Shown one piece after another: positions 9,701 to 17,570 of a stretch of 64,000 bases of DNA. The notes below the pieces were generated by a model, which ran no database searches, was not told the DNA's origin, and worked only from the letters and a program-made list of their open reading frames with translations. Both the position numbers and the translations under genes were made by a program. Positions within the stretch are counted from its first letter, which is position 1; the number at the start of each line of letters is the position of its first letter. Origin of the DNA: Gemmatimonadota bacterium (GTDB lineage: Bacteria; Gemmatimonadota; Gemmatimonadetes; Gemmatimonadales; GWC2-71-9); the NCBI GenBank assembly GCA_016720805.1, contig JADKJZ010000014.1, positions 193,772 to 257,771 on the forward strand, read 5' to 3'.

Positions 9701-10408
9701 GAAGATCGTCCCCTGGCCGGGCATCAGGCGCGGCACCGACGCCACCGTCCCGATGCCGCCCGGATTGGTGAGCGTCATGGTGGCGCCAGCGAAGTCGTCG
9801 GGCATCAGCTTGTTGGTGCGCGCCTTCTCGACCAGCCCTTCGTAGGTCGCCAGGAACTCGGCGAAGCTCATCGTGTCGGCGCGCTTGAGCACCGGCACCA
9901 TCAGGCCGCGACTGCCGTCCTTCCGCTCCACGTCGACGGCGAGGCCGAGCTGGACGTGCTCCGGCACCAGCTTGTAGGCGTCGGCGCCGCTCTTGAGGAC
10001 GCCGGTCCCCATCACCGGGAACTGCTTGGCCCCCTGCACCAACGCCCAGGCGATCAGGTGGGTGAACGAGAGCTTCTCGCTGCGGCCGGCTGCCTTGAGC
10101 TGGCTGTTGAGCTCGGCACGGCGCGCCTCGAGCACCCGAACCGGCAGCTCGCGGAAAGTCGTCGCCGTCGGAATGGCGAGGGAGGCGTCCATGTTGCGGG
10201 CCAACGCCGCGGCCGGCCCCTTCAACTGGACGGCATGGGCGGGCACGGGGACGTCAGGGGCCGCCGCGGCAGCCGCGGTGGGGGCCGTCGCACTCGGGGC
10301 GGCCGCGGGCCGCTCGAACGGGACGGGGGTCTGTTCCTCGAGCAGGGCCTCGAAAATGGCCTCGGCCGGAAGGCCGACCTCGGGCTGCTCGGAATCGTTC
10401 GGATGCAC
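6770..10408 (-). CDS. kgd: Kgd/OdhA-type 2-oxoglutarate dehydrogenase: E2-like succinyltransferase domain fused to E1o
   Basis: 1212 aa. N-terminal SFTHLIAWALV ... STYDHRVIQGAESGNFL (acyltransferase catalytic domain), then a long E1o ThDP region colinear with mycobacterial Kgd. Confidence 0.9.
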   Translation of the reverse strand: MHPNDSEQPEVGLPAEAIFEALLEEQTPVPFERPAAAPSATAPTAAAAAAPDVPVPAHAVQLKGPAAALARNMDASLAIPTATTFRELPVRVLEARRAELNSQLKAAGRSEKLSFTHLIAWALVQGAKQFPVMGTGVLKSGADAYKLVPEHVQLGLAVDVERKDGSRGLMVPVLKRADTMSFAEFLATYEGLVEKARTNKLMPDDFAGATMTLTNPGGIGTVASVPRLMPGQGTIFATGAIAYPPEFTGMSKEQIATLGIAKVMMITSTYDHRVIQGAESGNFLKLVDQFLQGEHGFYEGIFAAFGLATPSPLTATPGTASVAAPPASAGWTGMMPIASAATTTSPAQLQHVAAGMALIKAFRTHGHLAAQLDPLGTPPVGDPALVPATVGLDEATMATIPTDVLRIAVPGKTLAEALPHLQATYCGTIAYEVEHIASHEQRVWLRQQIESGAHRQPITAEAQHALLERLTQVEGLERFLGKAYLGAKRFSIEGLDIMVPMLDLTIELAADAGARDVVLGMAHRGRLNVLVHTVGRPYEALFAEFEGAKQPTGGMTPDGGTGDVKYHHGAEGAFVTQGGKAITVALLPNPSHLEFIGPVVDGRARAAQTNRRGREAVVDTTAALPVIIHGDAAFPGQGVVAETLNLGDLAGYHTGGSVHLIANNQVGFTTDPRDGRSTRWASDLAKGFDIPIIHVNADDPEACLAAVRLAMAYRVKFEDDVLIDLVGYRRHGHNETDEPGYTQPVMYARIKEMPTVRARYAEQLASAGVLSAGDADALVTKTYDRFVEIQTSFKSSIGRPAAVVEPARDAGVAGELETALPAEMIASLNEQLLSWPAGFTVHPKLVKQLEKRRSALIEPHGIDWGHAEALAFASLLVEGTPIRLTGQDVGRGTFSHRHLVLHDALNGDVFAPVQALPGASAPLEVHNSPLSELATIGFEYGYATAAPEALVVWEAQFGDFVNGAQVMLDQFLASSLSKWGVTSRLTLLLPHGYEGQGPEHSSGRVERFLQSAAEGNIRVVNCSTSGQYFHVLRRQAKWAIRRPLVVMTPKSLLRATAASCSLADLSSGRFETVLDDPATNGRRAAARTLLLCTGKVYYDLVEEAAKLGDDRPPIARIEQLYPFPEREVKELLSRYPSLTDVAWVQEEPRNMGAWSFIEPRMRTILPAGVTMRYIGRPERASPAEGYLSAHKAEQARIVGEALGGKGAGVVSR

Positions 10409-10495
10409 GGCATCTCCGGCTTGGAGTCAACCTGACAAGATAATCGAGGAATCCCGGCCAGCGACCTCGCAGACACGACCCGTGACCTGTAACCC

Positions 10496-10564
10496 GGGTC
10501 GCGGGTCACGGGTCACTGGTCACGGCTCCTGGTCAGCGTTCACCCCTCACCCCTCACCCCTCAC
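10496..10564. repeat. Direct period-7 array: GGGTCGC, 2x GGGTCAC, TGGTCAC, GGCTCC, TGGTCAG, CGTTCAC, 3x CCCTCAC
   Basis: Read directly. One 6-nt unit, otherwise a single register. Lies in the divergent kgd/fadI gap and ends 15 nt before ATG 10580. Confidence 0.9.
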
Positions 10565-10579
10565 AACTAGATTTGCTGC

Positions 10580-11878
10580 ATGCTCCCCCCCTCCCCAGGC
10601 CGCCGCGCCGTCGTCATCGCCGGACTCCGGACCCCGTTCGCCAAGGCGGGCACGGTGCTCCAGGACGTGACCGCCGCCGACCTCGCTCGCCATTGCACCC
10701 GTGAACTCCTCTACCGCACCGAGCTCCCCGGCGACGAGGTCGACGAGGTGATCTACGGGCAGGTGGTGCCGTCGCCGTTGCTGCCCAATGTGGGCCGCGA
10801 GGTGTCGTTGCTGCCGCAGCTGCCGAGGACGGTGCCGGCGTACACCTTGAATCGTGCCTGTGCCTCCGGCGCGCAGGCGATCTGCAACGCCACCGACCAG
10901 ATCATGGCCGGGCATGCGGACGTGATCCTCGCGGGGGGCGTCGAGACGCTCTCGGATGTCCCGATCCTGCACACCCGCAAGTTCTCGCAGATTCTCGTCT
11001 CCGCCTCCAAGGCGCGCTCGCTGGGCGATCGGCTCGGGCTCTTCGCGCAGGTGCGCGGTCGCGACCTGGTGCCGGTCTCGCCGGCCATCGCCGAGCCGAG
11101 CACCGGGCAGAGCATGGGGCAGTCGGCCGAGAAGATGGCGAAGGAGAACCGGATCTCCCGCGAGGCGCAGGACGAGCTCGCGGTGATGAGTCATCAGCGT
11201 GCCGCTGCGGCGACTGCTGATGGTCGCCTGGCGATGGAGATCGCACCGTGGTTCGGCGGGCGTGGCATGGACCAGGTGATCGACAGCGACAACCTGATTC
11301 GTCCCGAGACGTCGCTCGACGCGCTCGCCAAGCTCAAGCCGGTCTTCGACCGGACCTACGGCTCGGTCACCGCGGGGAATGCCTCGGCGCTCACCGATGG
11401 TGCCGCCACCACGCTGCTCATGAGCGAGGAGAAGGCGCACGCGCTCGGCTATCGGCCGCTCACCGCGATCCGTGCCTACGCCGTCGCGGCGGTCGATCCG
11501 GGATGGCAGTTGCTGATGGGCCCTGCCTACGCGGTGCCGATCGCCCTCAAGCGCGCCGGGATTTCGTGGAACGATCTCGGATTGGTCGAGATCCACGAGG
11601 CATTCGCCTCGCAGGTGCTCTCCAACGTGCAGGCGTGGGGCTCCGCCGATTGGGCGCGTCGCCTCGGCCTCCCGGGCGTCGTCGGCGAGGTCGACTGGAG
11701 TCGCACCAACGTGATGGGTGGGTCGCTCGCGATCGGGCATCCCTTCGCCGCGACCGGTGCGCGCCTGGTGACCTCCCTCTCGAACGAGATGGCCCGGCGC
11801 GACGTGCAGTTCGGTCTCATCTCCATCTGCGCGCAGGGCGGGATGGGCTTTGCCATGGTCCTGGAGCGGGTCGGATGA
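10580..11878 (+). CDS. fadI: Acetyl-CoA C-acyltransferase (3-ketoacyl-CoA thiolase, FadI-like)
   Basis: Thiolase motifs NRACASGAQAI and GGMGFAMVLE. 432 aa. ATGA overlap with fadJ. Confidence 0.9.
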   Translation: MLPPSPGRRAVVIAGLRTPFAKAGTVLQDVTAADLARHCTRELLYRTELPGDEVDEVIYGQVVPSPLLPNVGREVSLLPQLPRTVPAYTLNRACASGAQAICNATDQIMAGHADVILAGGVETLSDVPILHTRKFSQILVSASKARSLGDRLGLFAQVRGRDLVPVSPAIAEPSTGQSMGQSAEKMAKENRISREAQDELAVMSHQRAAAATADGRLAMEIAPWFGGRGMDQVIDSDNLIRPETSLDALAKLKPVFDRTYGSVTAGNASALTDGAATTLLMSEEKAHALGYRPLTAIRAYAVAAVDPGWQLLMGPAYAVPIALKRAGISWNDLGLVEIHEAFASQVLSNVQAWGSADWARRLGLPGVVGEVDWSRTNVMGGSLAIGHPFAATGARLVTSLSNEMARRDVQFGLISICAQGGMGFAMVLERVG

Positions 11879-14010
11879 GCGCCTTTTCGGTGGAACGGCG
11901 CGGCGGGGTGGCGATCGTCACCTTCGACACGCCCAACGAGAGCGTCAACAAGATCAGCAAGGCGGTGGGCTGGGAATTCGAGGATCTCCTCGGCCGGCTC
12001 GCGACCGATGAGCCGGTGAAGGCGATCGTGCTCCGTTCAGGCAAGCCCGACACCTTCATTGCCGGGGCCGACATCGAGGAGTTCGTCGCGCTGCGCAGTG
12101 TCGAAGAGGCGCAGAGGCTGTCGCGCGATGGACAGCTGCTGATGCAGAAGGTCGCCGAGTCGCCGAAGCCGATCGTCGCGGCAATCCACGGGGCCTGCGT
12201 CGGTGGCGGGATGGAGCTGGTGCTGGCCTGCCGGTATCGCGTGGCGTCCGACCATCCGAAGACGATGCTGGGGCTGCCGGAAGTCCAGCTCGGCCTCCTG
12301 CCGGGCGCCGGCGGCTCGAATCGGTTGCCGCGCCTGATCGGTGTGCGCGCCGCGCTCGACATCATCCTGGCCGGCAAGAATGAGCGCGCCAAGAAGGCAT
12401 TCGCGCTCGGCATGGTCGACGAACTGGTACCCGAGTCGATCCTGCTCGACACCGCGATCGCCGCGGCCGAGCGCCTCGCGCGCGGGTGGAAGCCTTCGCG
12501 GAAGGGACGTGGCGTCAGCGGGGCGCTGCTCGATGGCACGCCGATCGGTCGGCTCGTGGTGTATGGCAAGGCGAAGGAAGCGGTCACCAAGAAGACCGGG
12601 GGCAACTATCCGGCGCCGCTGCGCGCGTTGGAAGTGGTGCGGACCTCGCTCGAGCAGGGCATGACGCGCGGCCTCGAAGCCGAGGCGCAGGCGTTCGGCG
12701 AACTGGCGATGTCCGATGTGTCGCGGCGTCTCGTCGAGATCTTCTTCGCCACCACCGCCATCAAGAAGGATGATGGTGTCCCGGCCGGGGCGGGACGCGC
12801 CACCAAGGTGCGCCGCATCGGCGTCGTCGGCAGCGGCTTCATGGGCGCGGGGATCGCCGGCACGGCGGCGCTCGCGGCCAACGTCGAGGTCCGGATGACG
12901 GACGCCGAGCTCTCGCGCGTGGGGAAGGGCCTCAAGGCCGCGACGGACTTGATGACGGCGCGACTCAAGAAGCGGCGGATGACGCCGCACGAGTATCAGC
13001 GGACGCGCGCGCTCCTCAGCGGCACCGGTGACTTCTCCGGTTTCGGTGGCGCGCAGATCGTGATCGAGGCGGTCTACGAAGACCTCGGCGTCAAGCGGCA
13101 GGTGATCGCCGACGTGGAGGCGGCGGTGCCGCCGCACGTGATCATCGCGACCAACACGTCGACCATTCCGATTCAGGACATCGCCGCCGGCGCGCAGTAT
13201 CCGGAGCGGATCCTTGGCATGCACTTCTTCTCGCCGGTCGAGAAGATGCCGCTGCTCGAGGTCATCCCCACGGCAGTGACCTCGGCGGATGCCATCGTCA
13301 CGGCGGTGCAGTTCGGCCGGGCAATGGGCAAGACCGTGATCGTCGTCGCCGATTCGCCCGGCTTCTGGGTCAACCGCATTCTCTCGCCGTATCTCAACGA
13401 GGCCGGCTTCCTGCTCGAGGAAGGGGTCCCGATCGAGACCATCGACACGGCGATGACGTCGTGGGGTTTCCCGGTCGGACCGGTCGCGTTGCTCGACGAA
13501 GTCGGTCTCGATGTCGGCGAAAAGGCGGGGAAGGTGATGTACCAGGCGTTCGGCGAGCGACTCACGCCGTCGAAGGTGATCGCGGCGATGCGCGGCGACG
13601 ATCGACTCGGCCGCAAGAACGGCCGCGGATTCTATTTCTACAAGGACGGCCACAAGACCGGCGCCGACGGCTCGGTCTTCCAGTTGCTCGGTGTGCGCCC
13701 CGCAGGCGAAGTCGATGTCCAGCGCGTGCAGGATCGGCTTGTATACGCCATGCTCAACGAAGCGGCGATGGCGATGAGCGAGGGCGTGGTGCGGGTCCCG
13801 CGCGACGCGGACATCGGCGCCATCTTCGGCATCGGCTTCCCGCCGTTCCGTGGTGGGCCGCTGCGCACGCTCGACGCGATCGGGGCAGCCGAGGTGGTGG
13901 CCAAGCTCGAACGGTTGGAGGCCACGCATGGTCCGCGCTTCCGCGCGGCACCCGTGCTCGAGGAGATGGCCCGCATCGGCGGCCGCTGGTATCCGGCCGA
14001 GGGCCGCTGA
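11875..14010 (+). CDS. fadJ: Fatty-acid oxidation complex alpha subunit (enoyl-CoA hydratase / 3-hydroxyacyl-CoA dehydrogenase, FadJ-like)
   Basis: Start moved to ATG 11875 (MSAFSVERRGG). Crotonase fold followed by the NAD motif VGVVGSGFMGAGIA. 711 aa. Confidence 0.9.
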   Translation: MSAFSVERRGGVAIVTFDTPNESVNKISKAVGWEFEDLLGRLATDEPVKAIVLRSGKPDTFIAGADIEEFVALRSVEEAQRLSRDGQLLMQKVAESPKPIVAAIHGACVGGGMELVLACRYRVASDHPKTMLGLPEVQLGLLPGAGGSNRLPRLIGVRAALDIILAGKNERAKKAFALGMVDELVPESILLDTAIAAAERLARGWKPSRKGRGVSGALLDGTPIGRLVVYGKAKEAVTKKTGGNYPAPLRALEVVRTSLEQGMTRGLEAEAQAFGELAMSDVSRRLVEIFFATTAIKKDDGVPAGAGRATKVRRIGVVGSGFMGAGIAGTAALAANVEVRMTDAELSRVGKGLKAATDLMTARLKKRRMTPHEYQRTRALLSGTGDFSGFGGAQIVIEAVYEDLGVKRQVIADVEAAVPPHVIIATNTSTIPIQDIAAGAQYPERILGMHFFSPVEKMPLLEVIPTAVTSADAIVTAVQFGRAMGKTVIVVADSPGFWVNRILSPYLNEAGFLLEEGVPIETIDTAMTSWGFPVGPVALLDEVGLDVGEKAGKVMYQAFGERLTPSKVIAAMRGDDRLGRKNGRGFYFYKDGHKTGADGSVFQLLGVRPAGEVDVQRVQDRLVYAMLNEAAMAMSEGVVRVPRDADIGAIFGIGFPPFRGGPLRTLDAIGAAEVVAKLERLEATHGPRFRAAPVLEEMARIGGRWYPAEGR

Positions 14011-14990
14011 CTCCGCTCCGCCGCCGCGCCGTCCTCGCCCTCGTCGCGGCGGGCACCATCGTCTGGCTGCTCGCGCGTCAGGAGAGTCAGTTCTCGATCG
14101 TCGGCATGGAGGGGCCCGCCTCCTCGGCGCTGGGGTCGTTGCTCCCGGCGGTGTCGGCCGGCCTGACGATCGCGGTCTCCCTCGTCATCGTCGATGTCGT
14201 CGGCGGTCCCGTCGTCGCCGTCCTCGCCGCGATCTGCATTCTCCTCCTCCCCGATTTCCTCCCGTTGCACCGCAGCTCACTCCTCGGCCCACCGCTCCTC
14301 ACCATCACCATTGGCATGCTGGCCGTGATGCTGGCGGCGCCGCGCTTCTCGCTGGCCTACGGCGCCGTGGCCGCTGTCGGGGCGGTCTGGGTGTCTCCGC
14401 AGGCGATTGGATTGGTGCCGGCCGCGGTGGCGTGGGCGCTCCTGCAACCGAACGGACGGCGTGGACGCGTGCCACGCGCTGCGTTGTCGCTGCTGCCGCT
14501 CGGCGTTGCGGTGCTGCTCACCGCCCTGGTCGGCAGTGCCTGGCCGGCGCCGGTGCAGCTCGGTTGGCGCGGCGGCCTCGATGCGGCGCTCGGGGCCATC
14601 GGCCACGTCCTGGCCGCCCAACAGGTGCCAGCGATCACCTCACCGTCGCTTCGCTGGGTGATGGTGGCCGACACCACGCTGATTCTCCTCGCCCTCACCG
14701 TGATGGCCTGGCGTGGGGCGAGCGCGGCATCGACCCCGGAGCGTCCACGTCGGTTCTATCCGGCGATCTGTGTCCTCGCGACCAGCGTCTCGATCGGACT
14801 CCTCGCCCACGCCATGCTGCTCACGGGGGCGCCGCTTCCCAGTGGGGAGACGGCGATGTCGCTCGCAGTGCTGGCCACGATCACGATCGCGGTCTCCATC
14901 TCGGTCCTCTGGCCCCGCTGGCGCTGGTGGGGGAAGGGAATTGCGGTGGTGCTGCTTGCCGGATGGCTCGGCGCGGCCGTCATCGGCTAG
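14007..14990 (+). CDS. Polytopic membrane protein, unknown function
   Basis: Hydrophobic multi-helix sequence with GC3-rich codons. No ATG/GTG/TTG until ATG 14106. CTG 14007 overlaps the fadJ stop (CTGA). Start uncertain. Confidence 0.5.
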   Translation: MTPLRRRAVLALVAAGTIVWLLARQESQFSIVGMEGPASSALGSLLPAVSAGLTIAVSLVIVDVVGGPVVAVLAAICILLLPDFLPLHRSSLLGPPLLTITIGMLAVMLAAPRFSLAYGAVAAVGAVWVSPQAIGLVPAAVAWALLQPNGRRGRVPRAALSLLPLGVAVLLTALVGSAWPAPVQLGWRGGLDAALGAIGHVLAAQQVPAITSPSLRWVMVADTTLILLALTVMAWRGASAASTPERPRRFYPAICVLATSVSIGLLAHAMLLTGAPLPSGETAMSLAVLATITIAVSISVLWPRWRWWGKGIAVVLLAGWLGAAVIG

Positions 14991-14998
14991 AATCCAGC

Positions 14999-15481
14999 AT
15001 GACACCAGCCACCCTGCGCCCAGCGACCGCCGCCGATGTGCCACTGATCCTCGACCTGATCCGCGGCTTGGCCGAGTATGAGCGGCTGCCCCACGCGGTC
15101 GTCGCCACCGAGGAGGGGCTGCGGGCGTCGCTCTTCGGCCCGATCGCGGCCGCCGAGGTGGTGATTGCCGAGGTCGACGGCGCCTCGGCCGGCTTCGCGC
15201 TCTTCTGCCACAACTACTCGACCTTCCTCGGTCGGCGCGGCCTCTGGCTCGAGGATCTCTTCGTGCGCCCGGCGTTCCGCGGCCAGGGGATCGGCCGCGC
15301 GCTGCTGGTCCACCTCGCCGAAGTGGCGGTGGCACGTGGCTGCGGACGGCTCGAGTGGTCGGTGCTCGACTGGAATGAATCGGCGATCGGCTTCTACCGC
15401 TCGCTGGGTGCGGTGCCGATGGATGAATGGACCACCTTCCGCGTGACGGGTGAAGCGCTGACCAAGTTGGCCGGCGCGTGA
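14999..15481 (+). CDS. GNAT family N-acetyltransferase
   Basis: ATG 14999. Acetyl-CoA binding motif RGQGIGRALL. About 160 aa. Confidence 0.85.
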   Translation: MTPATLRPATAADVPLILDLIRGLAEYERLPHAVVATEEGLRASLFGPIAAAEVVIAEVDGASAGFALFCHNYSTFLGRRGLWLEDLFVRPAFRGQGIGRALLVHLAEVAVARGCGRLEWSVLDWNESAIGFYRSLGAVPMDEWTTFRVTGEALTKLAGA

Positions 15482-16593
15482 CCAACCTGCCGCGGTGGGA
15501 CGATGGCACCTGGCCCGGACTGCCACGACTCGACGGTCCGGTCGCCGCCGACGTCTGCGTGATCGGCCTCGGGGGCAGCGGCCTCACGGCGGTGCATGAG
15601 CTGCTCGACCTCGGCCAGCGCGTCGTCGCGGTGGACGCTGGCATCGTGGCCGGCGGCGCAGCCGGACGCAACGGTGGTTTCCTCCTCGCCGGTCCGGCCG
15701 ACTTCCACCACGATGCGGTCGCGACGCACGGGCGCGAGCGGGCCACCGCGCTCTATCGGCGCACCCTCGCGGAGATGGACCGCATGACAGCCGAGACGCC
15801 CGGGGCGATTCGGCGCGAGGGGTCGCTGCGGATCGCGGAGAGCCCCGAGGAGCTGGATGACTGCCGCGCCCAGCTCGCCGCGATGCGCGCGGACGGTCTC
15901 CCGGCGGCGTGGCATCGTGGTCCGGACGGCGAGGGACTGCTGATCCCGACGGACGGCGTCTTCCATCCGCTGCAGCGCTGCCGTGCCCTCGCGGAAGGGG
16001 CCGTGGCGCGGGGCGCGCGGCTCTATGAACAGTCGGCGGCCATCGAGATCACCGGGCAGGGTGTGCTCACGGTCGACGGCAGCGTGCTCTGCAACGCGGT
16101 GATCGTTGCCGTCGACGGCCGCCTCGAGTCGGTGCTTCCCGAATTGGCCGGACGAGTGCGCACCGCCCGGCTCCAGATGATCGCCACGGCACCCACTGAC
16201 GAGATTCGTACCAGGTTCGCCGTCTATTCGCGTTACGGTTACGAGTATTGGCAGCAGCTGGATGACGGATCCGTGCTCCTCGGCGGCATGCGTGATCGCG
16301 GTGGCGAAGGCGAATGGACCGACATCGCCGAACCGGCCGAACCGGTGCAATCGCTGCTGGAAACGCACCTTCGTGAACGGCTGCGGGTCCAGGCCCCGAT
16401 CACCCATCGCTGGGCCGGGGCCGTCGGCTACACGCCGGACGGCCTGCCGATCTTCGAGGAAGTGCGGCCGCGCGTCTGGGCCATCGGTGGCTACTCGGGC
16501 ACGGGCAACGTGGTCGGTGCCATCTGCGGGCGGGCCGTGGCACAGATGGTCGTGGAGGGGAGTGCGCCTGATGCGGCGCTCTTCCGCGCATGA
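15478..16593 (+). CDS. FAD-dependent oxidoreductase (DAO family)
   Basis: GTGA overlap with the GNAT stop. Dinucleotide motif VCVIGLGGSGLTAV. Confidence 0.8.
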   Translation: MTNLPRWDDGTWPGLPRLDGPVAADVCVIGLGGSGLTAVHELLDLGQRVVAVDAGIVAGGAAGRNGGFLLAGPADFHHDAVATHGRERATALYRRTLAEMDRMTAETPGAIRREGSLRIAESPEELDDCRAQLAAMRADGLPAAWHRGPDGEGLLIPTDGVFHPLQRCRALAEGAVARGARLYEQSAAIEITGQGVLTVDGSVLCNAVIVAVDGRLESVLPELAGRVRTARLQMIATAPTDEIRTRFAVYSRYGYEYWQQLDDGSVLLGGMRDRGGEGEWTDIAEPAEPVQSLLETHLRERLRVQAPITHRWAGAVGYTPDGLPIFEEVRPRVWAIGGYSGTGNVVGAICGRAVAQMVVEGSAPDAALFRA

Positions 16594-16946
16594 GGAAGCG
16601 CACCGGCGGACTCGTCTACTCCACGGATACCGGCCGCACCTGCCCGACCTGTCGGCGCGGGGTGGGCGATTGCCGCTGCCGCGAGAATGGCCCGCCGCCA
16701 AAGCGCGATGGCGTGGTGCGCGTCGGCCGCGAAACCAAGGGACGCAAGGGCGCCGGCGTGACGCTGGTGACCGGCGTCCCCTTGGAGGGCGATGCCCTCG
16801 ATGCGCTGGCCAAGGCCCTGAAACAACGGGTCGGCTCCGGCGGTACGGTCAAGGATGGCGTGATCGAGCTGCAGGGTGACCATCGGGACGTGGTCGTCGC
16901 GGAACTCGCCAAGAAGGGTTGGACCGTCAAACGCGTCGGTGGCTGA
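16590..16946 (+). CDS. yciH: Translation initiation factor SUI1/YciH family
   Basis: ATGA overlap. CPTCRR ... VRVGRETKGRKGAGVTLV ... GGTVKDGVIELQGDHRD matches the SUI1 fold family. Confidence 0.85.
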   Translation: MRKRTGGLVYSTDTGRTCPTCRRGVGDCRCRENGPPPKRDGVVRVGRETKGRKGAGVTLVTGVPLEGDALDALAKALKQRVGSGGTVKDGVIELQGDHRDVVVAELAKKGWTVKRVGG

Positions 16947-17008
16947 AGGCTTGTCCCCCGCGGAGTCCGGCAGCATCCTCCAGCATCCCACATTCAGGAG
17001 TACCCCCC

Positions 17009-17539
17009 ATGTTGAAGCGTCTGATCGCGCCCCTCGCCCTGGTCGCGCTGTTGGCGACGCCCGTCGTCGCGCAGGACAAGATGAACCACACCGAGCCGCC
17101 AAGTGACCTGATGCCGTTGCTCCATCAGTATCTCGATTGGTTCGTGAAGGGCGCCGAGCAGATGCCGGAAGCGAACTACAGCTTCAAGCCGACGCCGGAG
17201 ATTCGTTCCTTCGGTGAATTGGTCGGGCACATGGCCAACAGCAACTTCATGATCTGCGCCGGTATTCGCGGCGAAAAGAGCCCGAGCGCCCCCGACTTCG
17301 AGAAGGTGACCAGCAAGGCCGCCCTGGTGAAGGGCGTGAAGGACGCGCTGACCTACTGCCACACGGTGCAGGTGTGGGCCAATGCGCACCCGCACGATCA
17401 GGTCGATCTCTTCGGGATGAAGGGGAGCGTGACGTGGGCGCTCGCGTTCAACATTGCGCACAACGCCGAGCACTACGGCAACATGGTGACCTACATGCGG
17501 ATGAAGGGCATGACCCCGCCGTCGAGCCAGGGCAACTGA
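17009..17539 (+). CDS. DinB-family protein with signal peptide
   Basis: AGGAG 8 nt upstream of ATG 17009. Signal peptide MLKRLIAPLALVALLATPVVAQ. His triad context GELVGHMANS ... NIAHNAEHYG. Confidence 0.75.
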   Translation: MLKRLIAPLALVALLATPVVAQDKMNHTEPPSDLMPLLHQYLDWFVKGAEQMPEANYSFKPTPEIRSFGELVGHMANSNFMICAGIRGEKSPSAPDFEKVTSKAALVKGVKDALTYCHTVQVWANAHPHDQVDLFGMKGSVTWALAFNIAHNAEHYGNMVTYMRMKGMTPPSSQGN

Positions 17540-17570
17540 GCTGGCCACTCGGCGGCTGCCCCATCCGCTG

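Noticed and set aside
6839-10435. 1198-aa plus-strand ORF covering the whole kgd locus.
   Set aside because: It is antisense to a gene with unmistakable Kgd homology. Its sequence is Arg/Gly/His-rich with no motifs, so it is a GC-driven shadow ORF.
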